From assembly GCA_951406725.2 (NCBI GenBank), contig OX597816.1:110918001-110982000 (forward strand): a stretch of DNA of 64,000 bases. The letters are read 5' to 3'. The position numbers and the translations under genes are program-made. Under the pieces are notes generated by a model. That model was not told the origin of the DNA. It made no database searches and saw only the letters and a list, made by a program, of their open reading frames with translations. Numbering within the stretch: position 1 is the first letter of the stretch; the number at the start of each line of letters is the position of its first letter. Below are positions 24,347 to 38,559 of this stretch, piece by piece. The DNA is from Octopus vulgaris. Taxonomy: Eukaryota.

Positions 24347-25805
24347 TTAATAGATTGGTTCAGCGTTAACGCAATACACGTACGTTAGCGACTTGACTGC
24401 AATGGGATCTTATCCGCTGTGTAAAAGTAAAAGGCATCAAGTCTCTAAGAAATCCATGTGATATTTTACCTTGTGCTGTTAACGTTAATATAATTCCATC
24501 TACTGCCAGTTCAATCTTTTTCTCATGTTTACAAATTCACTTATCTCCACCCTCTTTGGTACTAGGTAGCCTGTTTGAAGTATTAGCTTTAAAGTAGACT
24601 TAGTTCGTTTTCTGAGAATAGGACAGGAATTGTCAGTTTTTCAACTATTTGGACAATGTTAGTCCTGCAAATTGATAAAGCCAGCTACAACATATTCATG
24701 AATAACCAATGTAGAAGTAATTCTATAATAACATGATATAATGTAAATATTTTATATATCAAACTCACGAACCACTTTTCATTCATTGGCAATAGTCCAA
24801 GACATTGACTTGATGATTCTACCTTCACAAGAAGTAATATAGAATATCCAAGAAACAAATAAAAGTTTCATTTGCAAAATGAAATTTAAAGGAAGGATTA
24901 CCATAGAATACTTATGTAAGATATGAGTGAAACGGGGCGTATGTATACTTGTGAGAGTAGCTGAATATTTCAATAAAATTCTCAAGAAATGCATATATCA
25001 TAAGACTGGGTATAACAGGTCAGAAAAATCAAAACGTTTATATTGTTGGAGGAGTATTACTTCAGCGGTCAAAACATATACAAAACAATATAAAATATAC
25101 AAAGATATTCTAACCTAATTGTATATTGAGCTGAATTTCGATAATCATAGGACCTCACAATTACATTATGAAATATATATGCAGCAAGGGCTCTCAAAAG
25201 GCAAAACAAAAACCCAGGAATTCTGATAATAAATAAGTTTATTGTAATAATGAAATAAATAGCAGGAAGTTATATGCAAATTCAGTTACACATACATGCT
25301 TACGTACCTTCTAACTTTGAAATGATGTCAATGATGATATATTGTCACATCTGAGTGGGTGTAATCTCATTTCATTTTCATTGTATTAAATTTACTGTGT
25401 TTTTTTTCTGTTCAAAGTCTTTCTGGAGCAAAGTTTGGTGTTTAAAGAAACAACTTAATACTGGATTCTATCCAGATCAATGTTGTTATTTATTGTTGTG
25501 AAGAGCATTCTGTACTGCACACATATCTACTAATGTGAGTAATTACAATGACTTATATAATATCATTTAGGGAAAAATCGGGACCAGTAATCTGCTAGCA
25601 TTCTGTAACATTAAATAAGTGTGTGTAAATTTTTTAGGACGATGTAGAAGTTGGGTACGAGAATAAAGGCAATAACATTCACTGATGGTGATAATGTCAT
25701 ATTTTGAAGCACTAACATCAGCTGCAGCAGATGTTTTGGTTGATGATAAACATAATGATGATGGTCATCATAACAATAGTGGTAACAACAAGGTAAAGTT
25801 ACCTT

Positions 25806-26043
25806 CTCGAGTCATGACAGCTCATAAATGCGGGTTTTTCTGTTTCATGGCGTATAAGTTCCCGACTTGGATGGGCCGCCAGTCCATCGCAGAATTTCTC
25901 ATTTTTGCTAGCTTAGTGGATTGGAACACTGCGAAATGAAGCGTTTCGCTCAAGAACAAAACGCTTCGTCCGGTTCAGGAATAGAAACCACAATCTTAGG
26001 ATAATGAGTCCAACACCCTATTCACTAAGCTACGCGCCTCCAC
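25806..26043 (-). mobile_element. tRNA-derived SINE (family B)
   Basis: Reverse complement begins ggaggcgcgtagcttagtgaataggg...gtggtttctattcctgaaccgg and aligns with 36252-36488. Confidence 0.8.
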
Positions 26044-27552
26044 TATAACAATTATGACAGCAACAACGACTACAGGAGAGGATATATATGATTAAATAAC
26101 TGTTGTCTCAGGTGGTTATACTTAAGATTGTCAACAAGTTTGAAACCTTAATAAGAAAGAAATAACGTAAGGGCCCTTATCGATAGTTAATTCATTATTC
26201 ATGTGGGTAAAATATTGGGAAGCATGATGAGCTGATTCGAAATTGCTACAAGGCATTTCTTGATAAATATCTTCAAATTTAATACTTTTTGTTCCCTGGA
26301 GCCAATATGTTTCAATCTATAATTCTTCATCTTGAAATTTCATTGCACTTAACTTATAAAATATCCCTCTAGGCTTCATTTCCCTGAAATATGAATGGAA
26401 GAATAATAAGAGAGTAAATATCCCTAACCCTTTCAGAGGATCTTATTGACATTTTCTGTGAAGTGACAAGTAAAACATAATGTTAAACCTTAAGTAGAGG
26501 ACAAAAATGCAAAATTATTATGTTTTTTTCTTATAGATTTCATATAAAATTTACTAAGGCCAGCAAACATTTAGTAAAATATATATATATATATAATTTT
26601 AGCATACCGGAAAGAAGAAATTGTCTGCCACTTTCCTTTTCTGAACAGCTCTCATCAATCCCTGAATATATAACGACATAATTCACATTTCACAAAAAAA
26701 GTGATTTTCAGCATTACTGAAGCAATATTCACAGCAGTCTCTTACCATTGTTTCTTCAATCACATTTCCCTAAGCTTTAATACTTTTAAACAAACATACT
26801 CTAATATGTGTTTTGCTTCTTGAAATTTACTGTTTAATTCAACATAAACCAATTCAATTTTAGCAATATATTTTAGGAAACAATGTATGGACTGTGAAAT
26901 TCCTGGAACGAAATACTCTCCAACTCTAGAAAATTAATTTCACATATAAAAGTCTAGACATATTTCTTCCCTTATACACACAGATCATACACACACACAC
27001 AGCCTATGCACGCACACGCACGCACACACATACGCACACATGTACATTCATGCACCTGCAAAATCACATGTGCGTCCATTCTCTGTTCACAGGTCAGTTC
27101 GACCGGAACAGATCCGCAACAACCACGGATCAATCTTTAAAAAAATTCAACTACTTAGATACTTAATCTAGCAAAGAACACTCTTGAAATTTATGCTTGA
27201 AATTTACCAGTAGTTGTGGAATCCATATTAGTTTCGTTTGGTCTTTGTCAAATGTCTTAAAAAATACATTAATCGATATGTATTTTGATATCCTACTTCA
27301 AACAACCCAGCAAAGAAATCGAAATCATTCATGTTGTCATCTTCCTTCTCACCACCATTGTCAACACCAATACAATCGACGCCACCAATACATTGAACGT
27401 CAGACCTTATCAGCAGCAGTACCACCACCACCACCAACATCATCCTCACTAGCGGCATTGCCACCGCTCCAACCTACATTTCTGCTAATTACACTGAACT
27501 ATTGCAGTTTTAATCAACGATAATTGAAACAGAATTAAATGACACAGGAAAC

Positions 27553-27563
27553 GTAGTAGTAGT

Positions 27564-27602
<39 letters not shown>

Positions 27603-27621
27603 CAGCCGCAGCAGCACCGGC

Positions 27622-27676
<55 letters not shown>

Positions 27677-27717
27677 ACAGTAGTAGTTGTAGCAGCGGTA
27701 GCAGTAGTAGTAATATT

Positions 27718-27759
<42 letters not shown>

Positions 27760-27832
27760 TGTAGTAGTAGTAGTAGTAGTAGTAGTAATAGTAGTAATAG
27801 TAGTAGTAGTAGTAGTAGTAGTTGTTGTTGTT

Positions 27833-27900
<68 letters not shown>
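27553..27900. repeat. compound (TAG)n/(TTA)n/(TTG)n microsatellite
   Basis: Direct reading. Confidence 0.95.
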
Positions 27901-27901
<1 letters not shown>

Positions 27902-29340
27902 AGCTGGAAACATTACTACAGTCTGTGCATGGATTTACCCAAGAAATAAACAGGGAATTCAGCATCGAAAAATGTGCCAAATCAAATTTCAAAATAGGAA
28001 GGTTAGTTAAGAGTAACTATATCACACTAGACAAAGCAAATAAAATAATAGAATTAGACCAAAGGCAGACATACAAATAATTAGGAATCAATAAACTAAA
28101 TACGGAACAACACACACAAGTGCAAAATAAGTTGAGAAAGGAATACTATAGACGAGTTAGATTAGTACAGAAAATAGACTTCAATGCGATAAACAAGATA
28201 ATAGGTATCAACACTCTAGTCATCCCAGTTCTAACTTCCAGCTACAATATTCTTAATTAAATTCTACATGAATTAACGAAACTAACCAGGAAAACAAGAA
28301 AAATAATGAATCAATTTTGGATGCACCACCCAAAAGTTGTCATAGAAATGCTATATATACAACGATTTGAAAGTAGTTGAAGCCTTGTACAACTAGAATA
28401 CTATTATAAAATAAACCCCATTGGATTACAGAAATACCTAGTTCAGAAGCAAGGAAAACTGATACAAATAACCACAAACACGAGCAAAATAATAATAATA
28501 AACTGTTCTCAGTCTTTAAGGAAGCCGAAAATACAAGAAGTCATAGTACTTGATAACTATGAAAAAAAAGAATAAACAGCAAACATTGTAAAACATCTGA
28601 TATCCCAATTAAAACTGGATCGACAAAGTATCATGATAAAACGATGGCAAGAAAAGCCTTTATATTGCAACTATCGAGACAAGCTAAGAAAAAAAAATAT
28701 AGAAGAATTAATATCCTAACAAAGGCTGAGAAGCTTAGGATTCAAACTGTGACGGAAGAACTTTTATATACAGCACAAGATCAAGACCGCCCCAACCAAC
28801 AGAAAACACCAGAATCACATAATGAAGAAAAGTACAAGTAACTGTGGTTATTTGTGGTGGGGGGAATAAACAACAAGTCATATTGTCTCAGGCTGCACAG
28901 TCCAGGCTAAGAAGAGATATATCCACATATATGACAGAGTTGCGACCTGTATACACCTGAAGCTATACCAACACTATAGAATGAAAAGAGAAAATTGATG
29001 TTATAGGCATACTCCAGGAAAAGTCAAAAGAACTGACAAAGCAACCATACCTCTGTAATATTTCTATACACTGAGATAAAGAGATGAAGGATTATAGACC
29101 GGATATAGTTGTTCATCAGAGTTCCTCAAGAAAAGAATGCCTTCTAATCGATGTATCATTACTAAAAGACGACAATATACCCTTAATAGAAACAGAGGAA
29201 ACTCTCAAAATACAAAGATCTGGAAGTAGAGGTGACCCGAATGTGGAGCCTAGAAACAGAAACAATCCCTATAATAATAGGTTCATTAGGTATAGTCAAA
29301 AGATTTTCAGATATGTACATAAACAAAACACCAGAACTTA
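27901..29340 (+). mobile_element. R4/Dong-clade non-LTR retrotransposon, 5'-truncated and decayed
   Basis: LETLLQSVHGFTQEINREFSIEKCAK (RT end), YK*LGI, MHHPKVVIEMLY, LLYTAQDQ, HIVSGCTV, then RLE endonuclease RPDIVV..CLLIDVS..KYKDLEVEVTRMW..TIPIIIGSLG. Confidence 0.85.
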
Positions 29341-29459
29341 CGATTTATGTATCTATTGTCTCTCTCTTTCTCTTTCACTTCCTTTGTGTCCCTCTTCTCT
29401 CCCGTTTTTGATTTAACAATGTGTATATGTATCTATGTATCTACTCCTCTAGCGATGTG

Positions 29460-29850
<391 letters not shown>

Positions 29851-30864
29851 CTACATTATAATGATTGAAGAAGTGTGGCACTGTGTCCAGTTTATTTTCC
29901 CCCCCACGTTATTGAAACTAGTCATATTACTTTTAATAAATTATAAACAAATATTAAAAAAACTAAACTATAAAGTTTATTTGTATATTACACATAAATT
30001 ATGATGCTTAATATTAGAAGATTCGCTTCTCTTTTAAGTGTCAACTTCCATTTAAATTCCATATGTAACCAAATAGATTTTCTTCGTGTTCGTGAAAAAT
30101 ATAATAAAGCGAAAAAAAAACAAACAAGTGAGTAAATTATTTTGAAAAGTATTACGTAGTGCAAAAACAATAATCCCTATCTAATAGAATGCCTTTTTTC
30201 AAATTTTGTTAGACTGTGGCCATGCTGAGTTACCACCTTGAAATTATTTAGTCAATAATATCATTACCCAACACAGTTCTTCGCACATGGTCAAAAGCCT
30301 GTTGCATTACCAAAAGCGTCAAGAAAAGAAAATATTAAAATATTAACAGGATAAATGAAAAGGGTACTTTTGCTGACAATTGTATCTGCAAAAACATTCT
30401 ACAGTGATGTGTGACATTCATTATTCTCTTTGAATTGAAATGTATTTAAGTTTCGTTTTAATTGCCAGGAAAAGGGAAACTAGAAACACTTAAGGCGTCT
30501 ATAAGTGAATATAATGAAACAACAATACAGCTAAACTCAACTTTTCGCATTGGTAAATGTGACCCATTAATTGCCAGCGGGGCACCTATTTTCAAATTCA
30601 CTCAAGTGAAGATTCATGAATATTTTCCATTGACAGTCTCATCTCTTTTCAAATTTTCATTATCGTCTTTTTTAAAGGTATCATGGATTATTTTAGTGAT
30701 TACAGAATAAACTATAACAGAGTGTTTGTACAATTCATGATCATATTGTCATTTTACACTATAATTTATGCACTATATCTATATGTATATATAATATCAA
30801 TATGCGCAACACATATGCAAGAAGAAAACCACCCGGGGCGGTTTTTTATGCTAGTAATAATAAT

Positions 30865-31020
30865 AATTGCAACAAGGAGCAGAAGCCTCTGCATGGCAAA
30901 ATATGTGACACATAGCAAGAAAGTTGAGGTTGTCCAGAAGCACACCCATCAATGGCTACAGAGCTCAAGACTAAAAGCAAAATCAAAGCTTATTGACCTA
31001 ATCATCACATCTCGGTAAAA
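30865..31020 (+). mobile_element. short R4/Dong-clade LINE fragment
   Basis: QKPLHGK/YVTHSKKVEVVQKHTHQWLQSSRLKA is homologous to the LH..ADVD..TH..GLKAE segment of the 14120-16515 element. It follows a short (TAA)n. Confidence 0.55.
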
Positions 31021-31604
31021 TAACCTCACAAGCTAACAAAATAAAAAGATTTGTTCATTGCAATCAAAAAATATGTACGATCTCAAGGTGGTAAATATGA
31101 GTGATAGTAGGATCACAAGGAATTATTATTAAACAATGAACTGGGGATTATTTGAGAATGAGCTCTGGTTTACTCTCCTTACAAGAAGTGCAAAAGATTT
31201 CTTTAACAGGTACGTCACGCGTATTGAGTAGAGCATTGTCACTGTAAGAACGATTACCACTCATGTTAATGTTTCATATAATTTATTTCAATATATGTGT
31301 TTGTTTTAATGGCCTATCAATGTATACAATGAGTTTTCTTTGCCATAAGTATTGCGAAGAAAACTCAGCAAGAAATAGAATCAAAATTGAAAGAAGGAAT
31401 AATAATGACAATAATATTCCTAATAACATTAATGTTTATTGTTGTCGTCGGTTAAGTTTGATACAAGTGGTAAAAATTAGAGAAGTATCTAGTAACGAAA
31501 GAAACAAATAAATATGTGTTTTCAAGTTCATTCGATCATTTATACCTTCATCTTTGGCAATAATGTTTTATCTCATTTTCTATTATGATAAGATTCTATG
31601 TTTG

Positions 31605-31637
31605 TAATCATTGTTGTTGTTATTGCTTTTGTTACTG

Positions 31638-31677
<40 letters not shown>

Positions 31678-31694
31678 CATCATCATCATCATCA

Positions 31695-31728
<34 letters not shown>

Positions 31729-31758
31729 CATCATCATCATCATCATTATTATTATTAA

Positions 31759-31840
<82 letters not shown>
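31605..31840. repeat. (ATT)n/(ATC)n compound microsatellite
   Basis: Direct reading. Confidence 0.95.
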
Positions 31841-31842
<2 letters not shown>

Positions 31843-32069
31843 CATATATACGTAAAGCATTTCTCATGTGTGTGAGACTGCGAATGTGCGTAGATGTGTG
31901 GAGTTGTAGAATTAAGAGAAGAACCACGATGAAAAATTAGAGACAGGAGAAGAATTATATGTGCGTGCGTGTATATGTGTGGTTAGAAGTAAGGAAGCAA
32001 ACCAATGAAAGTGAATGCGAGCACAACTTACAGACCCGCACACACACAAACACACTTATATATATATGC

Positions 32070-32108
<39 letters not shown>

Positions 32109-32229
32109 TATACTATGTATGTATGTATGTTCAAATGAATGTATGTATAAGCATGTATATATGTTATATGAGGATTTGCCACAGTGGAGAGATAGGAAGA
32201 TAATATTGGATAAAGACAATAACTAACAG

Positions 32230-32640
32230 GTTTTGAGATTAATGAAGGAAAATAATAAAGACAATAATGAAAAGAAACGAAGAAGTGAGGGGAGTTAAAA
32301 TACCGTAAAACAAACTAAAACGTAAAGTTAAAGAAAATGAAAAAGAGAGTAAATTTGAAAGATGTTCTGCTACAAAAAGGCGATAGAACTGTGAAGTTTC
32401 GATGAGGAAAGCCAAGAAGTAACACAGGAAAGGAGAGAACAAGATATTGGAATAAAAGGAAAGACAATTATAGGAAACCGCTGTTGTTGTAAACTGTTGT
32501 TGTAAACGTGCAATTTTGAATGTTTTGTTCTTGTTATATTTGTTGTTATTCGTATTGATATTGACCCTTTCAAAAACCTAGTTGAAATATGGGAAAACTA
32601 AAGGTTGGTATAAGAAAGAATGAAGAGAGGGGAAAAGTGT
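32230..32640 (-). mobile_element. possible Penelope-like relic
   Basis: Minus translation FLIPTFSFPI..., KHSKLHVYNN and TAVSYNCL weakly resembles the PLE linker PPFS...VSYSC. Confidence 0.3.
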
Positions 32641-33406
32641 GTGTTACAGCGAGAAAGATAAATATAGGGACTATATATTGCAGATTAGAGTTCAAGTGTC
32701 AGTTATAAATCTAAATGATCAAAGATGGTGTAACGTATGTTTACAGACGGAGAAGAAGGCCTCAATAGCAAAGCTTATCGTTAACAGTTAATCAAAGTGT
32801 CTCTAGCTCCATTGATGAATTATTAGTTCTACTGGCAGCAGCCATATATCAAATACAAATGTTTCCAAAGATATTCCATGCATCTTTTATATTTTTTTAG
32901 AATTATATCGAGCAATAAATTAACTAACTATCATGACGTATATATTCAGATGACTTCCGAACGAATATAATTAATTAATGATACAAATAAAGGAGTTATA
33001 ATGAGGATCAAACAAATAATTTATCATATTTGAGAAGAGATGCCGACTACGACCAACGATTATAACATGTAGTCAAGGTCATGCCAAATAATTGATATTT
33101 CTTTTTAGGGCATGGCAATAGTTTAGAGCAAATAGCTTCAAATTCTATGCAAATGAATTTTTTCCAACTCAAGTATCTTCTAGACGATATTCAATATAAT
33201 CTATTCCTACCCAATAAATACACGATCCCTGCAGCAATGTCAGTCAGTCTCTTATGCAACTGTTACAATGGAGTATGCTCGTAGGAACTTAGGCTATGCG
33301 ATATCACTAACACTACCCCAATCCCCACAATCCTGGTAATCGAGTGACAGGTCTTCTATGAGGTCACTCGAATTTGAGAAAACGCAACTATGTATATATA
33401 TATACG

Positions 33407-33910
33407 TGGTTTCGGTCGTTTTGACTGCTTCTTCTAGCTTGTAAAATTACCTGTTAAAGGTAATATCTCTTATATTGAGAATATGTTTTCTATTGACGTT
33501 TTATACATACTAGGCCACTGGCAGGGAAATTTTTATAAATATTAGCTTCCCTATATATTTTACGTATTTGATTTTAGCTTTTCGAAGATTGGTTCGGCAT
33601 TTTTCATTTACTGCCGACTGAAACTGCGCTTGCGCGGTGAATTGGAAAAATTATAACATATAATGATGAGACACGTGTTACTTGTCTCTAAATTATATGT
33701 TAATGTTATGGCACGGTTACTGATGAGAATTTCGCCTGGCAAATTATTTTATTTGCTAAAAAAATTTGAAACCTAAGTATAACCGTAAAAGCATAACAAG
33801 GTAAAAGTTTTTATTTTTCATCCTCTTCGAAATTGCTATTAAATGTGGTTTCAGTTGTTTTGACTGCTTCTTCTACCGTGTAAAATTACCTGTTAAAGGT
33901 AATTTCTCTT
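33407..33910. repeat. ~65-bp direct repeats 438 bp apart (pLTR-like terminal redundancy)
   Basis: gtggtttc.gt.gttttgactgcttcttcta...gtaaaattacctgttaaaggtaat.tctctt occurs at 33407 and 33845; the unit is bounded by (TA)n on both sides. Confidence 0.7.
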
Positions 33911-33932
33911 GTTCTTGAATGTACACTATTTT

Positions 33933-34026
<94 letters not shown>

Positions 34027-34039
34027 ATGTATGTATGTA

Positions 34040-34554
34040 TTACATGGAGAAATGCGAGCATGAAAAGTAATATTCTTATGATTATGAACCTGGTAAAGTA
34101 CAAGACAACTGATTACACCTGTAAAAGTATAGGATAAATTATTACTTCAAGTAAAGTAAAGAAGAAGCATTTTACTTACAATATTGCAGCAAAGAATGCC
34201 AGTTCTTCTAATTTATCACTCTTTACAGTTCTCATCTTTTAAATTTATTGTACAAGACTATTCAGCAAACTTGTAAGTTTTTCTAATTAGTCACTTTTTT
34301 CTGTATTTAAGTTAGTAAATTAGTCAAATTCTACTTAAATAAGTAGTCTTGTTTGTAAACTATAATAAACTATTTTTTGATATTCAAATTTTAATTTCAG
34401 TTGCAACATTTTAAGTAAAAATGTTCTTATTTTTTACTTTACTTGAAGTAATTATTTGTCCTATATGTTTACAGGTGTAATAACTTGTCCTGTACTTTTC
34501 GAGGTTTATAATCTTAAGAATATTTCTTTTCATGTTCACGTTTTTCCATGTAAT
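34040..34554. mobile_element. fold-back/MITE-like element with ~150-bp imperfect TIRs
   Basis: 34040-34192 (ttacatggagaaatgcgagcatgaaaag...) is the reverse complement of ~34398-34554 (...cttttcatgttcacgtttttccatgtaa). Confidence 0.8.
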
Positions 34555-34789
34555 CTTTTACACATATATGTATAATATGCATATATATCATCAGCAGAAG
34601 TTAAAGAGTAAGTCAAAACCTGAGAGTTTCGTGTATTTGTCACTGTAACTTCTGACAAAATAACTTCTAAAATACAAAACGTTAAGGGTAAACACTGTTG
34701 TATGTGAAACATTGTTCCAGTATCGGAGGTTTCAGAGGGGTTTTAGTTTTAAAAAATTAACTAAATAATCTGTACGTCAAATTGAATAG

Positions 34790-34912
34790 ATCCGAAATGG
34801 ATAAAAAGGAAAGTCGACCTCGACGAAATTTGAACTCGAAATGCAGACACAGGCGAAATAACGCTAAATATTTCGCCCGGTGCGCTAATGTCTCTGCCAG
34901 CTCGCTGCCTTA
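34790..34912 (-). mobile_element. tRNA-derived SINE 5' part (family A)
   Basis: aaagtcgacctcgacgaaatttgaactc...tttcgcccggtgcgctaatgtctctgccagctcgctgcctt. Confidence 0.8.
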
Positions 34913-35364
34913 GAGCGTATGTATTCATTTTAGCAATATATTCTTTATCCTTATTGCTAAGCGTTACTCACTTTCATACTTACACGAAATTTCGTCGTAT
35001 TTCACCCCATAACTTTTCTTCTACTAACTTTTGTTCAATGTGACTAACGACTCTGAATTCCTCATACATTTTTCTATCATTTAAGCCAAAGAAAAGTATA
35101 CTTTTATTTTAAAATTAAAAGGTTTGTTTTAATTGAAGGTGAATAGGGCATTACTGGCCCCCTTGAGGTCGCATAAATTTTGATGTAACTTTTTTCTACT
35201 GAACGAAATCTCAAACTATTTGTGCCAAATTCTAGCTGAAGAGGTGTACTCTTTAATACTGTTAACAGTTGGCAATTTAGTTGAAAACTGAATTATTGGG
35301 GAAGCTGCTGCGATTGACGAAATTGTGGATTTAAGAATATATTCAACTACTACCGTGGTGGAAT

Positions 35365-35434
<70 letters not shown>

Positions 35435-36251
35435 TCATAAAAGGAAATGGAGAGGAAAAAATAATAGTTGCTTGGTTCATTTTATTTCTATCACGATAGA
35501 CAAGTAATGCAAAGTAAAAGAGATAGCTATATGAATTACTATAAAAGGACCGTATCAACAAAACAAGAAAAAAATTATCCGAAAAAATCCTACACATATT
35601 TCAATCCGACTATATATTTTAATCATCAATATTCTAACTTTTATAAATATAATAACACATATATTGCCGGTTATCTTCAGGGAAAAGTAAATATATTTTT
35701 CCGCTCTCGAATTACGAAATAACTCATTTGGGGACTATGTTTAGAAATTTTAAAAAGTGAACAGCAACTTATTTGGATACAGAGTTCATGTTATTAGAAA
35801 TTGATCGTTTAAATTTAGTTAGTATTGAACTTGGGAATGTTGCTAAAACATCAAATGCATTTGAAAAATATATTTTTAATTATTTTTATAATATATATAT
35901 ATAAAGGTTTATGGGAGGAAGACAAATGTAACATATCATGAATTATGTAATGTACAAAGAATTAGATTAAGAAATGTTAATAAAGAAGGGATGAAGAGTT
36001 TGTTTATATCATACTACGATACAGTTTTTAGAAGTACTACAGAGAAATATATTTATATTTATAAATGTATATGTGAAGGAGATGGGCTAAATAGAAATAT
36101 AGCTGATCATGAGGGGCATAATATACAAAGGATTAGATTAAGAAATGTTTATAAAGAAGGAATATAAATTTTGTTTATATTATACCACGATGATGTTTTT
36201 TAGATATACTAAACAGACGTATTATAATATTGGTATTATTTAAGATTAAAT

Positions 36252-36488
36252 GTGGAAGCGCGTGGCTTAGTGATTAGGGTGTCAGCATCATGATCATAAG
36301 ATTGTGGTTTCGATTCCTGGACCGGGTGACTCGTTGTGTTCTTTAGCAAAGCACTTCATTTCACGTTGCTCCAGTCCACTCAGCTGGCAAAAATGAGTAA
36401 CGCTGCCATGAACCGACGTCCCGTCCTGCTGGGGAACACATACGCCATTGAAACCGGGAAACCGGGCCCATGAGCCTGGCTAGGCTTT
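36252..36488 (+). mobile_element. tRNA-derived SINE (family B)
   Basis: Box A gtggcttagtgattagg and box B ggtttcgattcc, then gtgttctttagcaaagcacttcatttcac. Matches 25806-26043. Confidence 0.85.
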
Positions 36489-36529
36489 TATTTTGTTTTG
36501 GAATAAATGGGTTAGGATATAATTTCTGG

Positions 36530-36660
36530 TGTTCGGCAAAAGAGACCGATAAAATAAGTACTAGGTTTACATAGAATAAGTCTTGGGGGTCGATTTGCTC
36601 GACTACAGGCAGTGTTCCAGCATGGCCACAGTCAAATTACTGAAACAAGTAAAGGAGTAT
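36530..36660 (+). mobile_element. 3' part of SINE family C
   Basis: ttcggcaaaagagaccgataaaataagtactagg...ccagcatggccacagtc. Related pieces at 30210-30260 (-), 53700-53810 (-) and 58670-58770 (+). Confidence 0.65.
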
Positions 36661-38505
36661 AGATTAATTAGCATTTGTAATACCATCGGCATATTTTTCG
36701 GTAACGCTATTTCTTATTAGGCGCATAATAATAACCACTAATTTCATTCCTATAACCCTGAATTAACCCTTAATATTAATATCATTTTTTTATTCTCATT
36801 TTTATTTTAATCTTTATACTGAATCCGATACTAACTTATCGTAATACCAAAATACATAATATCACAACCATTGTTAAACCCATCTTACTTATACTCCATT
36901 TAACTCACCTATATCCAATTTTACCTAAACTTTACATCATCCCTAACTATATTATCTATTTACTCTTAAATCTATGCAATGCTATCATCTTCTTAGTAAA
37001 TGCAATTGTTTTTTACTCTCTATATATTTATTCATTGAAATTATAAATTGTATATTAGTTTTCCGCAACAAATTATATACTCAACCACTTATTTTTTTTA
37101 ATATATAGGACACCCATATAAAAGACATTTTTCATAATTGATAATAGTGTACTTATTTATTAAAACAAACATTATATAATCTTTATTTAATACCAATATA
37201 TAAGTATAAATTTAATCTATTGATCTTTTCATCTTGTAATTATACCATTCAATAATTTACCATGCTGTTAATCTATAATGCCTATCTCGTTGTTAGAATA
37301 TATATGTGATAGAATATACATTAAACAAAACCCAAATTCATATATGTTTTAATACAACCACTATCTTTACATAAATGCTGTAAATTATAAAATCTTATAT
37401 TCCAACATTAACGACTGTTAATACGTTTAATATATTTCAATATATATAAATATGAAACTTAAAACTACACATGCATATTTATATCCATAATATCCCTGAA
37501 ACTTATAGACATATTGCTCTAGTAAAAGAGATATTTTTGCATTATTATGAAATAAAACTAACATGTCTAACCATGCGAAAAAAGGAGGATTACTAGTTAC
37601 TCTCATTTTGATATAGGGAAATAATACTGTAACACCGGTTTTAATTTCTCTCGCATCTTCTAAGTGAGTACAAAATAGTTTCTTTTACATACCTAATATT
37701 TTTTTGTGAACGCCGGAAATGATATCCTAGACCGTATAATCCTAAATAATGCCAATATTATAATGTTTCTCTGTCGTACGTCTAGAAAAACATTATCGGA
37801 GTATGATATAAACAAACTCTTCATCCCTTTTTTATTAACATTTCTTAATATAATTCTTTGTATATTATACTCCTCATAATAAGTTACTTTTGTCTTTCTC
37901 CCATCTTCCGCCCATAAACTTTTATAAATATATTATAAATATAATTATAAACATAATTAAAAATATATTTTCAAATGCATTTGATGTTTTAGCAACATTC
38001 CACGTTCAATATTAACTGAATTTAAACGATCAATTTCTAATCACATGAAATCTGCATCCAAATAAGTTGTTGTTTACGTTTGAAAATTTCGAAACATAGT
38101 CCTCAAATGAGTTATTTCGTAATTCAAGACAAGAAACTATACTTACTTTTTCCTGAAGATAACCGGCAATATATGTTATATTACAGATATGATATTTAGA
38201 ATGTTGATGATTCAAACATACTGTCGGATTGAAAAATACGTAGGAGGTTTTCGGTTATTTTTTGCTTGTTTTGTTGATACGGTCCTTTTATAATAATTCT
38301 TACAGGTATCTCTTTTCCTTTGCATTACTTTTCCATCGTGATATAAATAAAATGAAATTTCCTTTTATGAAGTTTATAATTTATGAGACAGTTGATACAT
38401 ATATATTGAGGAACTTCATTTCAGTATATTTGATAAAGTCAATTGGCATCTTGATCGTTATTTAGATTCCCTTAGAGTGAAATTGCATCCTCAAATTGTG
38501 AATGA

Positions 38506-38559
<54 letters not shown>

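Larger units (their letters stand above)
35427..38378. mobile_element. ~2.95-kb fold-back element with 640-820-bp inverted arms and no coding capacity
   Basis: 35427-36248 is the diverged reverse complement of 37737-38378; both ends read TATAAACTTCATAAAAGGAAAT. The left arm has a ~170-bp tandem duplication. The spacer is AT-rich. Confidence 0.8.

Noticed and set aside
27510-27992. Poly-Leu/Ile ORFs (also 31573-31940 and 50893-51201)
   Set aside because: Pure trinucleotide microsatellites.
36252-36325. tRNA-like box A/B sequence
   Set aside because: It is the head of a SINE repeated at 25806-26043; no cloverleaf.
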